IMG/VR virus record: IMGVR_UViG_3300027141_000003
Span: 32,001 to 96,000 of that record
DNA from: a virus
Strand: one strand, 5' to 3'
DNA: 64,000 nucleotides
In this document: positions 18,997 through 30,100 of the stretch, piece after piece
How the letters are laid out: every line of letters starts with the position of its first letter
Position numbering within the stretch: the stretch's first letter is position 1
Made by a program: the position numbers and the translations under genes
Notes under the pieces: generated by a model
Seen by the model: the letters and a program-made list of their open reading frames with translations, nothing else
Told to the model about the DNA's origin: nothing
Database searches by the model: none

Positions 18997-21900
18997 TTAT
19001 AACCACGCCGAGTAAGCGCTATAGTATGTTGTTCCATTTGAACCCAGCATCTTAACCCTTCCTCTACCATATCTTGCGGAAGAGCTATATGTTATGTCTC
19101 CGTCAGTTGTACCCATTCTAAATGCCCAAATGGTTCCTCCAGCGCTGTACGGATATGATCCTGCTCCTGGATAGGATCTGGTTCCGCTTGCAAGAAGCGT
19201 TCCGCCTCCAGCAGTGGTTCTAATTTCAAACTCCATTCCAGTAATGGTACCATTACCTGATATTGAAGGATAATCACAATACCATTGCAAGTGTGTTGTG
19301 GCTGTTGTTTTTCTTGAAAACTGCATAGATGGTGCGGGAGATGTAGGGGCTACAAATACAACATTCCATATTGCTGTTGCTGTTGCATTTGCAGACCCGA
19401 ATGTGTAAGAGCCACCTGCAGAATATGTAGTGCCTCCAATAGTCCATCCTCCAAATGTATACCCAGATAGTGTTCCAGCACTTGAAGCTAAAGTTATTGA
19501 AGCCCCCTGAATACCATTTTGTGTAGATGGTGTAGATGATCCACCATTAGCAGAATATGTAAGGCTATATGTTGGAACTATATTAGATGTTCCAGATGCT
19601 GTGGCGAAAGCGTTGTTGTATCCAGAAACAGATTTAGTAACTATAACTGAAGTGGTAGTATTAGAAGCTAATCCTGTTGTCGTTACTGTTCCAGTTGAAG
19701 AATTTATTGTTCCAGTTCCCGAAGATATAGAGTACGTTGCTCCCGACTGGGCAGTAACTACAGTGGCTGACCAGCCACCAGATGCACCAACTCCTGGGTT
19801 ATATGAAAATGCAACGGCATCTGCGTTAGCTGAAGTAATCTGATTACTGTAGAAATAATACGTTGTTCCATTTATACCAACAACTGTGTCTCTTACTGCA
19901 AATACATAGGGGGTTCCTGCGGGATCGTTAGTTTGAATTACATATGGATTTGATGTTCGAGTTGAGGTGTTTGTATTTCCGCCTGGGGAAACAAGGTTTG
20001 CTGTATTTGTGCTAAGTGCATATAAAAGAACTGATGTTATAGATGCGGCATTAGTATAGCTACCAGTTGTCCAAGTTATGCTATCCAAATACTTGACAGT
20101 AGATGTAGAAAAAGTATTAGTTGCTCTAGTTGTTGGCGCACTGTTTTGTGAAACTGCAGTAGAGGTCATATTAAATGATACTCCAGCACTCCAAGCACTT
20201 GCTGTAGTTGATTCTCCTGCAGATGTATCACCTACGTTTGTAACCGATCTAACATACATGTATTGTGTTGCCGTAGATGATGGTCCAGTATTATCTGTTA
20301 ATGGGCTTAAAGAACCAGTTTGATCTGGAGTCACTTGGCCTGTTGGGGCTGTTGCTGATCCATACCAATACATTTGATAACTTGGTCCAGATCCTCCAGA
20401 AAAAGTAGCAGTAACTGGGCCACCTTGTGGACCTGGAGTCACCGTAACCGATGTTGGAGGAGTTAAACGCAAATTAGTTAGTCCAGATGTTCTAACATAA
20501 GGAGTCCATGTTGTTCCATTTGCAGATGCAGATACATAAAAATAATAACTACTTCCCAATGATGGGTTGTTATTATTTCTATCTGGATCTCCAGGACCCC
20601 ATGCCCAAGAACCAGCAGATGCAGTAATAGTACTTCCATCTACAACTTTTTGTTCATCATAACTTACTCCTGGATCTGTTGGTGCCGTGGGGCTACTACT
20701 CCAATAAATTCTATAATAAGCTGCATATGTTGCACCAGACCAAGATACGGTAATTGTATTTGAGCTACCATTATTTGATGCAGTAACTGAAGTAGGTGCA
20801 GTTGCTACTTGAGGTATTGTAACTTGAACTCTAGTTGTACTGTAAGAGCTTACATTTACATTAGATGTATTTGAAGTAGACTCTAATGCAGATCTGACCC
20901 AGAAATAATATGTTCCTCCAGGTGTTGGATTAAATCCAGGAGTGTAAGTTATTGTACTTGTGTTTTGTGTTGCAGACCCTGAATCATATCCAGTTCCATC
21001 TGATGGGTATGTAGTGTTGTCAACTCTATACCAACTCTGAAACCATGGGCCTGATCCACCTGTATAGGATATAACAAAAGATGTACCGTTCCACACAACT
21101 CCAGTTGGATTTGGTGCAGATAATGCTGGAGAAATTACAACGCTTGTAGAGCCATTTGAATAGTCTGGTATTGTTTGAAAGTATGGATAATATTCACCAG
21201 CATTAGAATACTGTTTTATATTTGTAAAGGATGGTTTATTTGTGCCATAGGACCATTCTCCTACTGGCAGCCATCCGCTATTATTTCCATCCCCGTAGAT
21301 AATTTTATATTGTCTTGGGTATGAGTTTCCTCCACCTAGAGCACCAATTGATCCAGAAAATGTTACATCTGTATTTACTTGAGCAGTAGTAGGAGATGCA
21401 CTAAGTAATAAATTTGCTGCTGGTCTAGAAATATACCAAAGAGCTCCTCCCACAAGATCTGCATAATATTTTCTTATTGAATTCTTTAAAACACTGACCT
21501 CTATATCAATACTCCATCTATCAGTACTTGTAGTACTGCCTGTTGGGGTATAAGTTGTTGATCCAAACAGAGATGAGCTTATTACTTCATTGTGGGTTAA
21601 TGTAGCGGTATTGCCAGAAATTGAAATTTCATTAATATATGTTCCGCCGTAGCCAAATTGTGTGCTTGAACCAGTGTAAGTAGTCCATGCACTAGAAGCA
21701 GATGCTCCATAATTTGTTCCAGCCATTGAATAGTAGCTACTGGTTTGCCAGTTATACATTCTATATCTAATTCTATATGTTGTACTTCCATCAACCCCTG
21801 TAACATTAGATCTAATTTTCATCAGACCGCCTACTGGTATATAGCCCCTGTTATCTGTACCCTCATTGCTATAGTAATCTAAAATATCTAATGAGGTAAC

Positions 21901-22932
21901 TTCAAGCGCCGAGCCTGGGGCTGTAGAATCTTCTGCAGTAAATGGGCTGTTTGGGGTAAAGCCAGATACAGGAATTACTGGAGATTGAGTATTTGAATTA
22001 TTTAAAGTAAGTCTGGCAGCATAAAATTTATTTGGCTGTATAGCATAATAGCTTGCTGTACCAGATTTTGTTGTTGTGCCAGTTACGGACAGGGTATATA
22101 GATCTTGAATCTCTACCCGATTGCTTGCTGTTAGCGTTTCGGAGGCAGAATCTACAGCAAACCATTCTATATAAGAATCATAGAGGTCTGGCTTTCTGTA
22201 CCACTCATCTTTATAGGTAAAGTTTGCATATAAAGTTTCTGGAACATCTACGTTAGTATTTGTTAAATCTATTGTTCCGCTAGGTCTTTGTCTTATAATG
22301 TATACAGGAGCACTTTCAGAAAAAACTGGTCCACCTGCTGAATTTGATGCTCCAACTCTGAATGTAAGAAAGTTTTTATCAAAGTAGTCTCCGTCGTCAT
22401 ACCCTAAATAACTTTCAGAGTTTGTCAACATATCTGCTCTTCCAGTTGAAGAAGTATTTCTTGAACTTGATGTGCCTGAAACATAGAATTGTGGATCAAA
22501 TATATTGTCGTTTGAATCACCAGTAGTATTATATAGCCATTGATAAATAAATGTTATGGTGCTTCCGTTACCAGAAGTCCATGTTCCATCATACCCCCAC
22601 AGATGATTACCTAAGCTGGTGCTTGGCCAACCTGTTGTAGGAGTTGTTGTGGGAGGGCCCATCTGCTGAACTGGAGGAGCTTCAACTACTGGGTTTACTG
22701 TTCCAGCAACAGAGCTATTAGTTCTAAATGTATTAAGTCTTATCTTTGGTATATCGGTACCAACAAATGGCCTATTGCTTGCGGTATCATATATCTTTTG
22801 CCAGGTATAAGTGCCAGTTTTTATATAAGCTTTTCTTATTGCCTGCCAAGTAATACCACCAGTTTTTAAATATACTTTTTTGACTCTTGACCAAGTATAT
22901 TCCCCAGTTTTAATATAAGTTTTACCAGCCAT
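18997..22932 (-). CDS. Large Ser/Thr-rich tail fibre / receptor-binding protein (Fn3/Ig-like and InlB-B-type repeats)
   Basis: N-terminal YxKTGxxTW x3, Fn3-like units (APTSVTAS..ITVSWSGA...YYFYVSA), PKD-like YGDGN and an InlB-B/Flg_new-like YSLTYSANGG...GYTFGGW...TAIW. Confidence 0.65.
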   Translation of the reverse strand: MAGKTYIKTGEYTWSRVKKVYLKTGGITWQAIRKAYIKTGTYTWQKIYDTASNRPFVGTDIPKIRLNTFRTNSSVAGTVNPVVEAPPVQQMGPPTTTPTTGWPSTSLGNHLWGYDGTWTSGNGSTITFIYQWLYNTTGDSNDNIFDPQFYVSGTSSSRNTSSTGRADMLTNSESYLGYDDGDYFDKNFLTFRVGASNSAGGPVFSESAPVYIIRQRPSGTIDLTNTNVDVPETLYANFTYKDEWYRKPDLYDSYIEWFAVDSASETLTASNRVEIQDLYTLSVTGTTTKSGTASYYAIQPNKFYAARLTLNNSNTQSPVIPVSGFTPNSPFTAEDSTAPGSALEVTSLDILDYYSNEGTDNRGYIPVGGLMKIRSNVTGVDGSTTYRIRYRMYNWQTSSYYSMAGTNYGASASSAWTTYTGSSTQFGYGGTYINEISISGNTATLTHNEVISSSLFGSTTYTPTGSTTSTDRWSIDIEVSVLKNSIRKYYADLVGGALWYISRPAANLLLSASPTTAQVNTDVTFSGSIGALGGGNSYPRQYKIIYGDGNNSGWLPVGEWSYGTNKPSFTNIKQYSNAGEYYPYFQTIPDYSNGSTSVVISPALSAPNPTGVVWNGTSFVISYTGGSGPWFQSWYRVDNTTYPSDGTGYDSGSATQNTSTITYTPGFNPTPGGTYYFWVRSALESTSNTSNVNVSSYSTTRVQVTIPQVATAPTSVTASNNGSSNTITVSWSGATYAAYYRIYWSSSPTAPTDPGVSYDEQKVVDGSTITASAGSWAWGPGDPDRNNNNPSLGSSYYFYVSASANGTTWTPYVRTSGLTNLRLTPPTSVTVTPGPQGGPVTATFSGGSGPSYQMYWYGSATAPTGQVTPDQTGSLSPLTDNTGPSSTATQYMYVRSVTNVGDTSAGESTTASAWSAGVSFNMTSTAVSQNSAPTTRATNTFSTSTVKYLDSITWTTGSYTNAASITSVLLYALSTNTANLVSPGGNTNTSTRTSNPYVIQTNDPAGTPYVFAVRDTVVGINGTTYYFYSNQITSANADAVAFSYNPGVGASGGWSATVVTAQSGATYSISSGTGTINSSTGTVTTTGLASNTTTSVIVTKSVSGYNNAFATASGTSNIVPTYSLTYSANGGSSTPSTQNGIQGASITLASSAGTLSGYTFGGWTIGGTTYSAGGSYTFGSANATATAIWNVVFVAPTSPAPSMQFSRKTTATTHLQWYCDYPSISGNGTITGMEFEIRTTAGGGTLLASGTRSYPGAGSYPYSAGGTIWAFRMGTTDGDITYSSSARYGRGRVKMLGSNGTTYYSAYSAWL

Positions 22933-22934
22933 CT

Positions 22935-25856
22935 TTAATCCCTTGTGCTTAAGATTATGTCGCCAATTAAGCCCACGTTATAGAAGTTGCCGCCACTGGT
23001 TATAGCAGTTTCTGAGCTTCCAGATTTAAATATAGTTCTACCAACGGACACTGTGCCGTCACTTTTTATCATAAGCATTGCGGCTTTTTCATCTCCGTAA
23101 TAATTGTTGTGTGCTCGGCCTGACAAGTTTTTAAAAACATACGCACCAGCAGTTGCGGAATTTAAAACTATTCCAGTGCTTGTTGCTGAAATATAAGAAG
23201 ACCCAGCTCTTAAAAGTGCTGATATTGGATTTTGGCTTAAGGTTAAAGCCCCTCCAGATGTAACTCCAGCAGTTGCTTTTATGGAAATAGTTGATGATGT
23301 TGTTGATGCAGAAGCAGCTGATGAGCTGGCGTAAACAGAATTTGGATCGTCATCTTCATCAAGTGTACTTGCTGCTTTATTTTCAGTTGTAATTGTAGGT
23401 ATTGAAACTGTGTCTTGATCTATTTCATACCCTTGCTTAAATGTAATTGTTTGATCTGAAGAGTCAAGTATAAGTCCGCTAGAAGATAGAGATGTGTCAT
23501 CAATTGTCCATCCAGCAATTTTACTAATTCCACTTTTTGACAACTCAAATTTTGGCGTAGCTACTCCGCTTGTATATGCTGCAATTCCACCAGAGTTAAT
23601 TAAAATTCTATCTCCAGAACTAGCGCTTGCTCCTATAAAAAATGTTCCAGTAATATCTAAGTTGCCAGTAATGGTTCCAGAATTTGCTGTAATCTTTCCA
23701 GTAATTTCTGCATCTGTAGATATAAGTTTTCCAGTAGATGCTGCAATTGAAGATGCTCCTACTGTCAAAGAGCCTCCTGTAATTGTTATATCTGAAGCTG
23801 TAACTGCTCCAGCTGGAGTAACAGAAAATTTGGCTGATGAGTTTCCAGCAGATACTGGAGACCCTGCCCAAATTGCATACGTGCCAGATGAACTTATTCC
23901 AGTGTATGTACCAGTAGTTCCTCTTTCAAATTTAGATGAATCAATTGTCCACCCAGCAATTTGTCCATACTGTGCATAAATTCCACCATCTGAAGTATCA
24001 AGTCTTAATTGAACTGCGCCTTTTTTAATTGCAAGCCCGCCACTATTTAACAAAAATCCGTCGCTAGTTAAATTTCCAGACACATTTAATGTTCCTTGAA
24101 AAATAGAAGCCCCAGATGCTCCCATAGAAATATTGCCACCAATGGTTGTTCCGCCTGCAACTCCCAAATCTCCATCAATAGATAACTTAGTTCCATTCCA
24201 AGAAACAAAGTTGCTAGATGCTCCACCTATTTTAAATAATGCAGATTGAGCAGAATCAATGTACCAATAGTTATTTGGATTTAAAACAAGACCACGTTTG
24301 CCTGTGTCTACTCCGTATCCAAACTTAAATGTTCCAGTATCAGTTCCGCTTACTCCAGCTTCAAAGTATCCAGTGGTTGAAACATTTGTGCCAACAAATG
24401 GGGATCCGCTTACCGCAATGTTTGGAGAAAGAGCGGTATATGCAGAAGAAGTATTATTAAATTCATCATAAGAAGCAATGCCAACTTCGTAAGTAGTTCC
24501 TAAAGCTAATCCTGCAAGCCTATATGTTGTTGCATTACCTGGCGAGTCTACATAAGAATAATTTTCAAATGGCGCTGATGCTTTGTATGGCCTAAATCTA
24601 ATTCTATATCCACGAAGAGTTGAATCGGATACTCCAGTCCAAGAAATATTTACAACTCCATTGAATCCAATTGTTCCAGTGCTATCTGTTCCTGCTGTTG
24701 CAGATATTGTTGAAGGAGCAGCAGGTGCATTTACGTCTGCAGCGATTGCATCAATTGGAGTAACAGATTGCTCTGCTGACCACGAAGATGTAAATCCATC
24801 ATCTGTTATATATCTAATTTTAACATATCTAAGAGTGTATACGGTCTTCTTTATAATTGCTGGGCTTGCTCCGCTAAAAACTAAATCTAATTCTGTTGGA
24901 TTGCCAGCCCCCCAAGAACTTCCACTTTCGTAAACCTTAGCAAAGGAAGCTCCAGGTGGCAACGTCCAGGTTGCAGTGTATCCATTTGTAATTGCAGTTA
25001 ATGTAAATGTAGGAACTACTCCAAGCAAAACATTTGTTTTTTCAGATACAGTAAACGATACGCCAGAGTCACGATTATCTAATGAATCTGCTGAAACAAA
25101 TAAGCCAGTAAACGATGTAAAGTACTGTCCAAATGTGTTATATAGTTCTTGCTGAGTAATTAAAATTGATTGTGATGTTCCAGATGTGCTTGGAAATTTT
25201 GTAAAGAATCCATTGTTAGATCCGTTTGTTAATCTTATAACAAACTTTTTAGCGTCCGCAGATACTGTTGCTGTTATTAATATATTATTTCCAGACCAAG
25301 ATGCGGTGATTCCAGATGCTGGAGTAGGAGGAGTAACATCTAATGCTGCTGCTACTGGATCTACTGGTGTTACTGAAACTGGATCAGAGTATGCAGTATT
25401 TCCTGAAATCTTATCTATTAGCTTTATTCGAACCCATCTCTTTAAAACATCACCAACTGTTACTGTTGTTGGGTTAGTAGAAGTTACTTTAACCTCTGTC
25501 CATCCAGTAGTTGGAGCAGTATTAGAATTAGAAACAGATTCTTCAATAATTGCATGCTCAAAATTTTTGTCAGTTTGTTTAGTAAAAGAAACTATATACC
25601 CTAAAGATGATGGGGTTACTGTAATCGTTGGCTTTGTTAATTTTGTTGTATAGGAAGCTGTAGTTACTGTATAGCCATCTGACCACTTACTTCTAGTTCC
25701 GTCTGGGAAAACCCATTGAAAATTAAATGCATGTGGAGTGCCTGGTGTTAAATTTAAAATTGGTATAATAAAATAATCTTGTTCTGTGGTCTTTGAATTA
25801 TTTTTATCTAAGTCTTTAGGGAAATAGCTTAATCTTTCTTCGTATGCGCCAGCCAT
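22935..25856 (-). CDS. Minor tail protein with fibronectin type III domains
   Basis: Fn3 pattern ISWTGVSDSTLRGYRIRFR...TTYEVGIASYD, then GxIAGWTI beta-helix-like repeats. Confidence 0.7.
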   Translation of the reverse strand: MAGAYEERLSYFPKDLDKNNSKTTEQDYFIIPILNLTPGTPHAFNFQWVFPDGTRSKWSDGYTVTTASYTTKLTKPTITVTPSSLGYIVSFTKQTDKNFEHAIIEESVSNSNTAPTTGWTEVKVTSTNPTTVTVGDVLKRWVRIKLIDKISGNTAYSDPVSVTPVDPVAAALDVTPPTPASGITASWSGNNILITATVSADAKKFVIRLTNGSNNGFFTKFPSTSGTSQSILITQQELYNTFGQYFTSFTGLFVSADSLDNRDSGVSFTVSEKTNVLLGVVPTFTLTAITNGYTATWTLPPGASFAKVYESGSSWGAGNPTELDLVFSGASPAIIKKTVYTLRYVKIRYITDDGFTSSWSAEQSVTPIDAIAADVNAPAAPSTISATAGTDSTGTIGFNGVVNISWTGVSDSTLRGYRIRFRPYKASAPFENYSYVDSPGNATTYRLAGLALGTTYEVGIASYDEFNNTSSAYTALSPNIAVSGSPFVGTNVSTTGYFEAGVSGTDTGTFKFGYGVDTGKRGLVLNPNNYWYIDSAQSALFKIGGASSNFVSWNGTKLSIDGDLGVAGGTTIGGNISMGASGASIFQGTLNVSGNLTSDGFLLNSGGLAIKKGAVQLRLDTSDGGIYAQYGQIAGWTIDSSKFERGTTGTYTGISSSGTYAIWAGSPVSAGNSSAKFSVTPAGAVTASDITITGGSLTVGASSIAASTGKLISTDAEITGKITANSGTITGNLDITGTFFIGASASSGDRILINSGGIAAYTSGVATPKFELSKSGISKIAGWTIDDTSLSSSGLILDSSDQTITFKQGYEIDQDTVSIPTITTENKAASTLDEDDDPNSVYASSSAASASTTSSTISIKATAGVTSGGALTLSQNPISALLRAGSSYISATSTGIVLNSATAGAYVFKNLSGRAHNNYYGDEKAAMLMIKSDGTVSVGRTIFKSGSSETAITSGGNFYNVGLIGDIILSTRD

Positions 25857-26783
25857 TTAAAACTCCAGCAATAACTTGTATTCAATGTCTACGGGTCTTC
25901 CTGGCTTCTTTATTAACGGGGTAGACAATACGGATCTACTAATTATTCCATATCCTGGATCAAAGGTATCTTCATCATTAACTCTAATGCCATCAAAGTA
26001 GACTGTTGTGTTCCCGCCAGCTGCTGTTACGGCAACTCCTATTTTTGTAATAGATGCAGGATCTGGCAAGTTTGGAGAAGCAGTATAATTTGAAAAAAGG
26101 CTGTTCATTGACAGACTTTGTATTCTATCTCCTGAGCCAGTTGCGGGAGTAAAATCAACATAGTAGTATGCTGTTGGAGAACTATAAAACTTTACTCTAA
26201 TGTTAGATAAGTTATTGTCTGATTTTTTGTAAGCGATAGATATAGTATCATTAATGCTATAGCCTGAGATATCATAAGAATCTAAAGAGTTAGTGTATTC
26301 TTTTGTTGTACCAGAAGTTGCATCTACTCTAATCATGCTATCATCAATTTTTGATAAAAATGTGTAGTTCCCAGAAGCATCCTGGGTATTACTCTGAATA
26401 GTTGGATTGAGTATTCCGTCAAACCAATTAAAATTATTTGTAAAAGAAGAAATAAACTGACTATCATAGTTGTTGAAAGAAGATCTACCTCCAGGATAAA
26501 GACCTATTTCTGACACTACACCAGACACATCTTGTGGAATTGTTGAGGAATAAACAACATTATATTGAAATACTGGATTGTTGCTTCCATCTACCCCAGT
26601 TTGAATTACGTCAAAACTTGATAAGAGGACGGGCAATCTATAAAATTCAAACTCTAGTTTAGTATCATTCCCATTAGCATCGACAGGAGTAGAGCCTATT
26701 CCTAATGCTAGCTCTCTGCCAGAAGAAGAATTAACCCCTGCCAGTTGACCTGCTAAAAATCTTTTACCAAATTTAGTTATCAT
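25857..26783 (-). CDS. Minor tail/baseplate protein
   Basis: MITKFGKRFLA...LALGIG...EIGLY pattern seen in tail-collar/baseplate proteins. Located in the tail module. Confidence 0.55.
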   Translation of the reverse strand: MITKFGKRFLAGQLAGVNSSSGRELALGIGSTPVDANGNDTKLEFEFYRLPVLLSSFDVIQTGVDGSNNPVFQYNVVYSSTIPQDVSGVVSEIGLYPGGRSSFNNYDSQFISSFTNNFNWFDGILNPTIQSNTQDASGNYTFLSKIDDSMIRVDATSGTTKEYTNSLDSYDISGYSINDTISIAYKKSDNNLSNIRVKFYSSPTAYYYVDFTPATGSGDRIQSLSMNSLFSNYTASPNLPDPASITKIGVAVTAAGGNTTVYFDGIRVNDEDTFDPGYGIISRSVLSTPLIKKPGRPVDIEYKLLLEF

Positions 26784-27169
26784 TTTTTCTCTACTCTCAT
26801 ATCAATTGCTTTTAACATTTTACCACTGCTATTTTTTACTTTAAAAACTATTTTTGCAGAAGGTATTCCAGCCAAATCAAAAACCACTTCGTTAGAAACA
26901 ATTTCTATATCTGATAATTTGGGCCTGTCATTACCTTCAGGGGGATCTTCAGGTTCTTCTGGATCGTCTGGATCATCTGGGTCTTTTGGTTCTTCTGGGT
27001 CATCTAGCCCATCATTAGCCTGCTTACCACCAAATCTGGCTGCAGCAACATTTGGCTGTAAATATGCTAGATAGTTTGAGTTGGCAACAACGTCTATATC
27101 TGAACCAGCAACCGTAACAATTGGGGCTGTTACTGGAGAGGAGCTTGCAGACTTCTTGGAATTTTTCAT
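26780..27169 (-). CDS. Hypothetical tail-module protein with acidic D/P/E linker
   Basis: DDPEEPKDPDDPDDPEEPEDPPEG low-complexity tract. Preceded by TGG-TATAAT-N7-ATG. Confidence 0.55.
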   Translation of the reverse strand: MKNSKKSASSSPVTAPIVTVAGSDIDVVANSNYLAYLQPNVAAARFGGKQANDGLDDPEEPKDPDDPDDPEEPEDPPEGNDRPKLSDIEIVSNEVVFDLAGIPSAKIVFKVKNSSGKMLKAIDMRVEKK

Positions 27170-27186
27170 CTTTTTTATTATACCAT

Positions 27187-30100
27187 TTACTGACTATAAA
27201 TAGATCTAGCAGTTATTTTAGTATTAAGCCCTCCCTCAAAGCTGTTATTTATATTAGATACTATAAACTTCTGTGTTCCGTCGAATCCATTTGCAGGATA
27301 GTTAATTGTAACAAGATCTCCCACAGAAATCAAGGGGTTGGAGAATACTTCTAGTTCGCAAACTGACTGCTTTTTAGACCATTGCTGTTTAATCCACTCA
27401 GATAAGCTCTTAGCATCCGACTCCCTTTGTATCCAGGCCGACTCGAAAGTTGCCTGCTCTGGAGTAGTAAATTCATTTATTGTTTTATCCAGATATTCAT
27501 TTTGGCCAGACTGAACAATAGTGTTTCCTAGGATAGTAAAAGAGGCAAACTGAGAGTCATCTAGCGGAACAAACGTACCCGCATTATTTACAACATAAAC
27601 TTCGGCTCCAAAAGACGTTAGCCTTGATCCTAAAACTTCTACATACTGGCTTAGCCCAACGCTTGCAAAAACTGGGAATGCGGGCCTAGAGTCAAATTTA
27701 ATATCTATCTTTTTTAGCTCTCTTGCAACTGTGCCAAATTCATCTACCGTTCCGCCAGAAACACCAGTGTTGTCAAAATTACTTGTAAGCTTGTCTCCAT
27801 AAAGAAAATCTAGTGTTGTACTTCCAAATCTTCCGTAATACTGATCTTTAAATAAACCCTTGTCATACTGATCTTTAGTTAAGGGGATTGCATATACGTA
27901 ATCAAAGAAGGTAGTTCCTGTTCTTGAGTATATAGCTATATTTGGAGTGGGAACAATAATATCGTCTGCGTCAGCTGCTGTAATCTTAAATCCATTAATA
28001 AATACGTCTATAGCAATAACCTCATTGACTGTATCATGCTTTACACGTATGTCAACCTTATAAGAAGTAGATCCTGATAAAAATGCTAATGTTTTATTTA
28101 TATCCGACTGCGAATCAGTAAGAGATGTCATAATGCCATCTTTAACTTTAAATACCCCTAATGACTTATCTGATCCGCTTTTTGCTAAATTAGCTGTTGT
28201 TTCTAAAGAGACATAATATCCATCATCTCCATTAGCACTTGTAAAGAATCCAATTCCCCCAGCCGCTGATACATCCTTGACGGTGCTTTTAAAAAACATT
28301 CCTGTTCCGAAAGTGTAGTAATCTCCAGAGTAATCTATGGCCATATTTTTTACAGCCACAGAGTATAGTTGCTTGTTGGTAGAATCAGATGTTATTTTAA
28401 ATAAAGACTTTTGAATTTCTTTAACCGACGAATTTGTTTCTGTTGGAACTGAATCTAAAGATGGTGGATTTGCTACAGATGCTAAAATATCAGATGACAC
28501 AGAGCTTGGTGCCAGAGGGTCTGAGTTGGCTTTAAATACATTATTGTATCCTGACCACCCAATTTTAGCGTTTGCCCCAGCAGCTGTATGCGCTGCTATA
28601 GCTGTGCCCAATGCGCCTCTAGTTTTAATTCTTATTCTTCCAGTTTGTCCTATAGATTTATTAGCAGCTTTTGTTGTTGTCATATCGTTTGCAATTTTTT
28701 GCAAGTCGCTCTGCTGCTTGATGTCAATCTTTTTTATAGTATCATTGGCGCTGTAATACTGATACTCAACTGCGTCATACTCTATAATTTCAGAATCAAT
28801 AACTAAATATCCAGAGTAGCTATAAATAATTTGTTTTTGTTCTTGATTAACTATGATAGGAGATAGGCTAATATACTCTCCTGCTCCTGCGGTTGCTGAC
28901 AATGCGGTATTAAGCGAGTATGCTCCTAGATATGCAGATCCTGACTTCCATAAAGGCTGGGCGCTACCAAGCAATTCGCTGGCTGTTACTGGATTCCATA
29001 ATACTTTTACTTGGTTAATTGCTGGTAAATCTATTTTATTTAAAGACATTATGTTAGGTAAAATGGTTCCGTCTTTTGCATACTTAAAGTTCCAGTGTGC
29101 AGTAGTTTGAGAAAATAAGTAGTCTCTTGTATAAAATTGAAGAACGTTGTTTTCATCAAAGGTCGCCACCATTTGCGAATCTCTACAGAGTTCCTGTATG
29201 GCATTCCAAACACTTTCACTGTCATCTGTCCACCAATATATAGGACTGAGTATAGATTCATCTTTTACTGTACCCACCGTTGGCTTGTAGTTTATATTAT
29301 AGTTGGTAAAGCCTACATTATCTAAAAGCCTTCTTATAATTCCTATTGCCGAAGTGTCCTTGCAAACCATTCCTGGAACGATTATGTCTTGCAAAGCTTT
29401 AGCACCATCTAAGGCTGTTAAATTAATATTGCCAAATTCAGATGTATTCCAGCTATCAATATAAAATGTTCCCTGCTTTACCCTTTGGTGTGTACCCTTT
29501 GAATCACTAAATGGCGCAGCTGAATAATAAACTTTTATATATGGCTTTAGCTCGGCACCCTTATACATATACAAATATGATGAATTGAATGCTGTTCCCT
29601 TTTCGTATGAAACAATTTTTCTTGGGGATTCATAAGAAAGCAAAGAGGCCGACATTGAGTTTGCTGAAACTTTTCCAACTGGCAATATATCATCAGCGCT
29701 AGTAGATGATTCTTGGGATGTAGAAAAACTTATCATGCTATCAGTTAGGTCTGCTACCCATCTAGGAGATAGCTCAATGACTCCAACATGTGCATTAGTT
29801 ACGCCTGCTGTTGTTAGCCTTAAAGATGTTATAGGCACAGGAGCTGATAATGTTGAAGGCTCCGTAGTTGTCCAAGATGTTCCGTTATAGTATAAAGTTA
29901 GAGTTCCTGCATCGTAATTTTTTGTTCCGCTAGTAGTGAATGGTTTGATTGCAGAACTTGACCCTGTTGCAAGTTGAACATTTCCTTCTTTAAATATTGT
30001 CCATGTGCCTGGAGTTGAATGTGATATCTCAAACCTAACAATAATTTTATTTGTTAATATTGTTTGTCCATTATATGTAATTGTTATATCTGCCCCTACT

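Noticed and set aside
26936-27008. DPEE/DPDD acidic repeat as a second modification substrate
   Set aside because: Short, irregular and far from the oxygenases. More simply a flexible linker.
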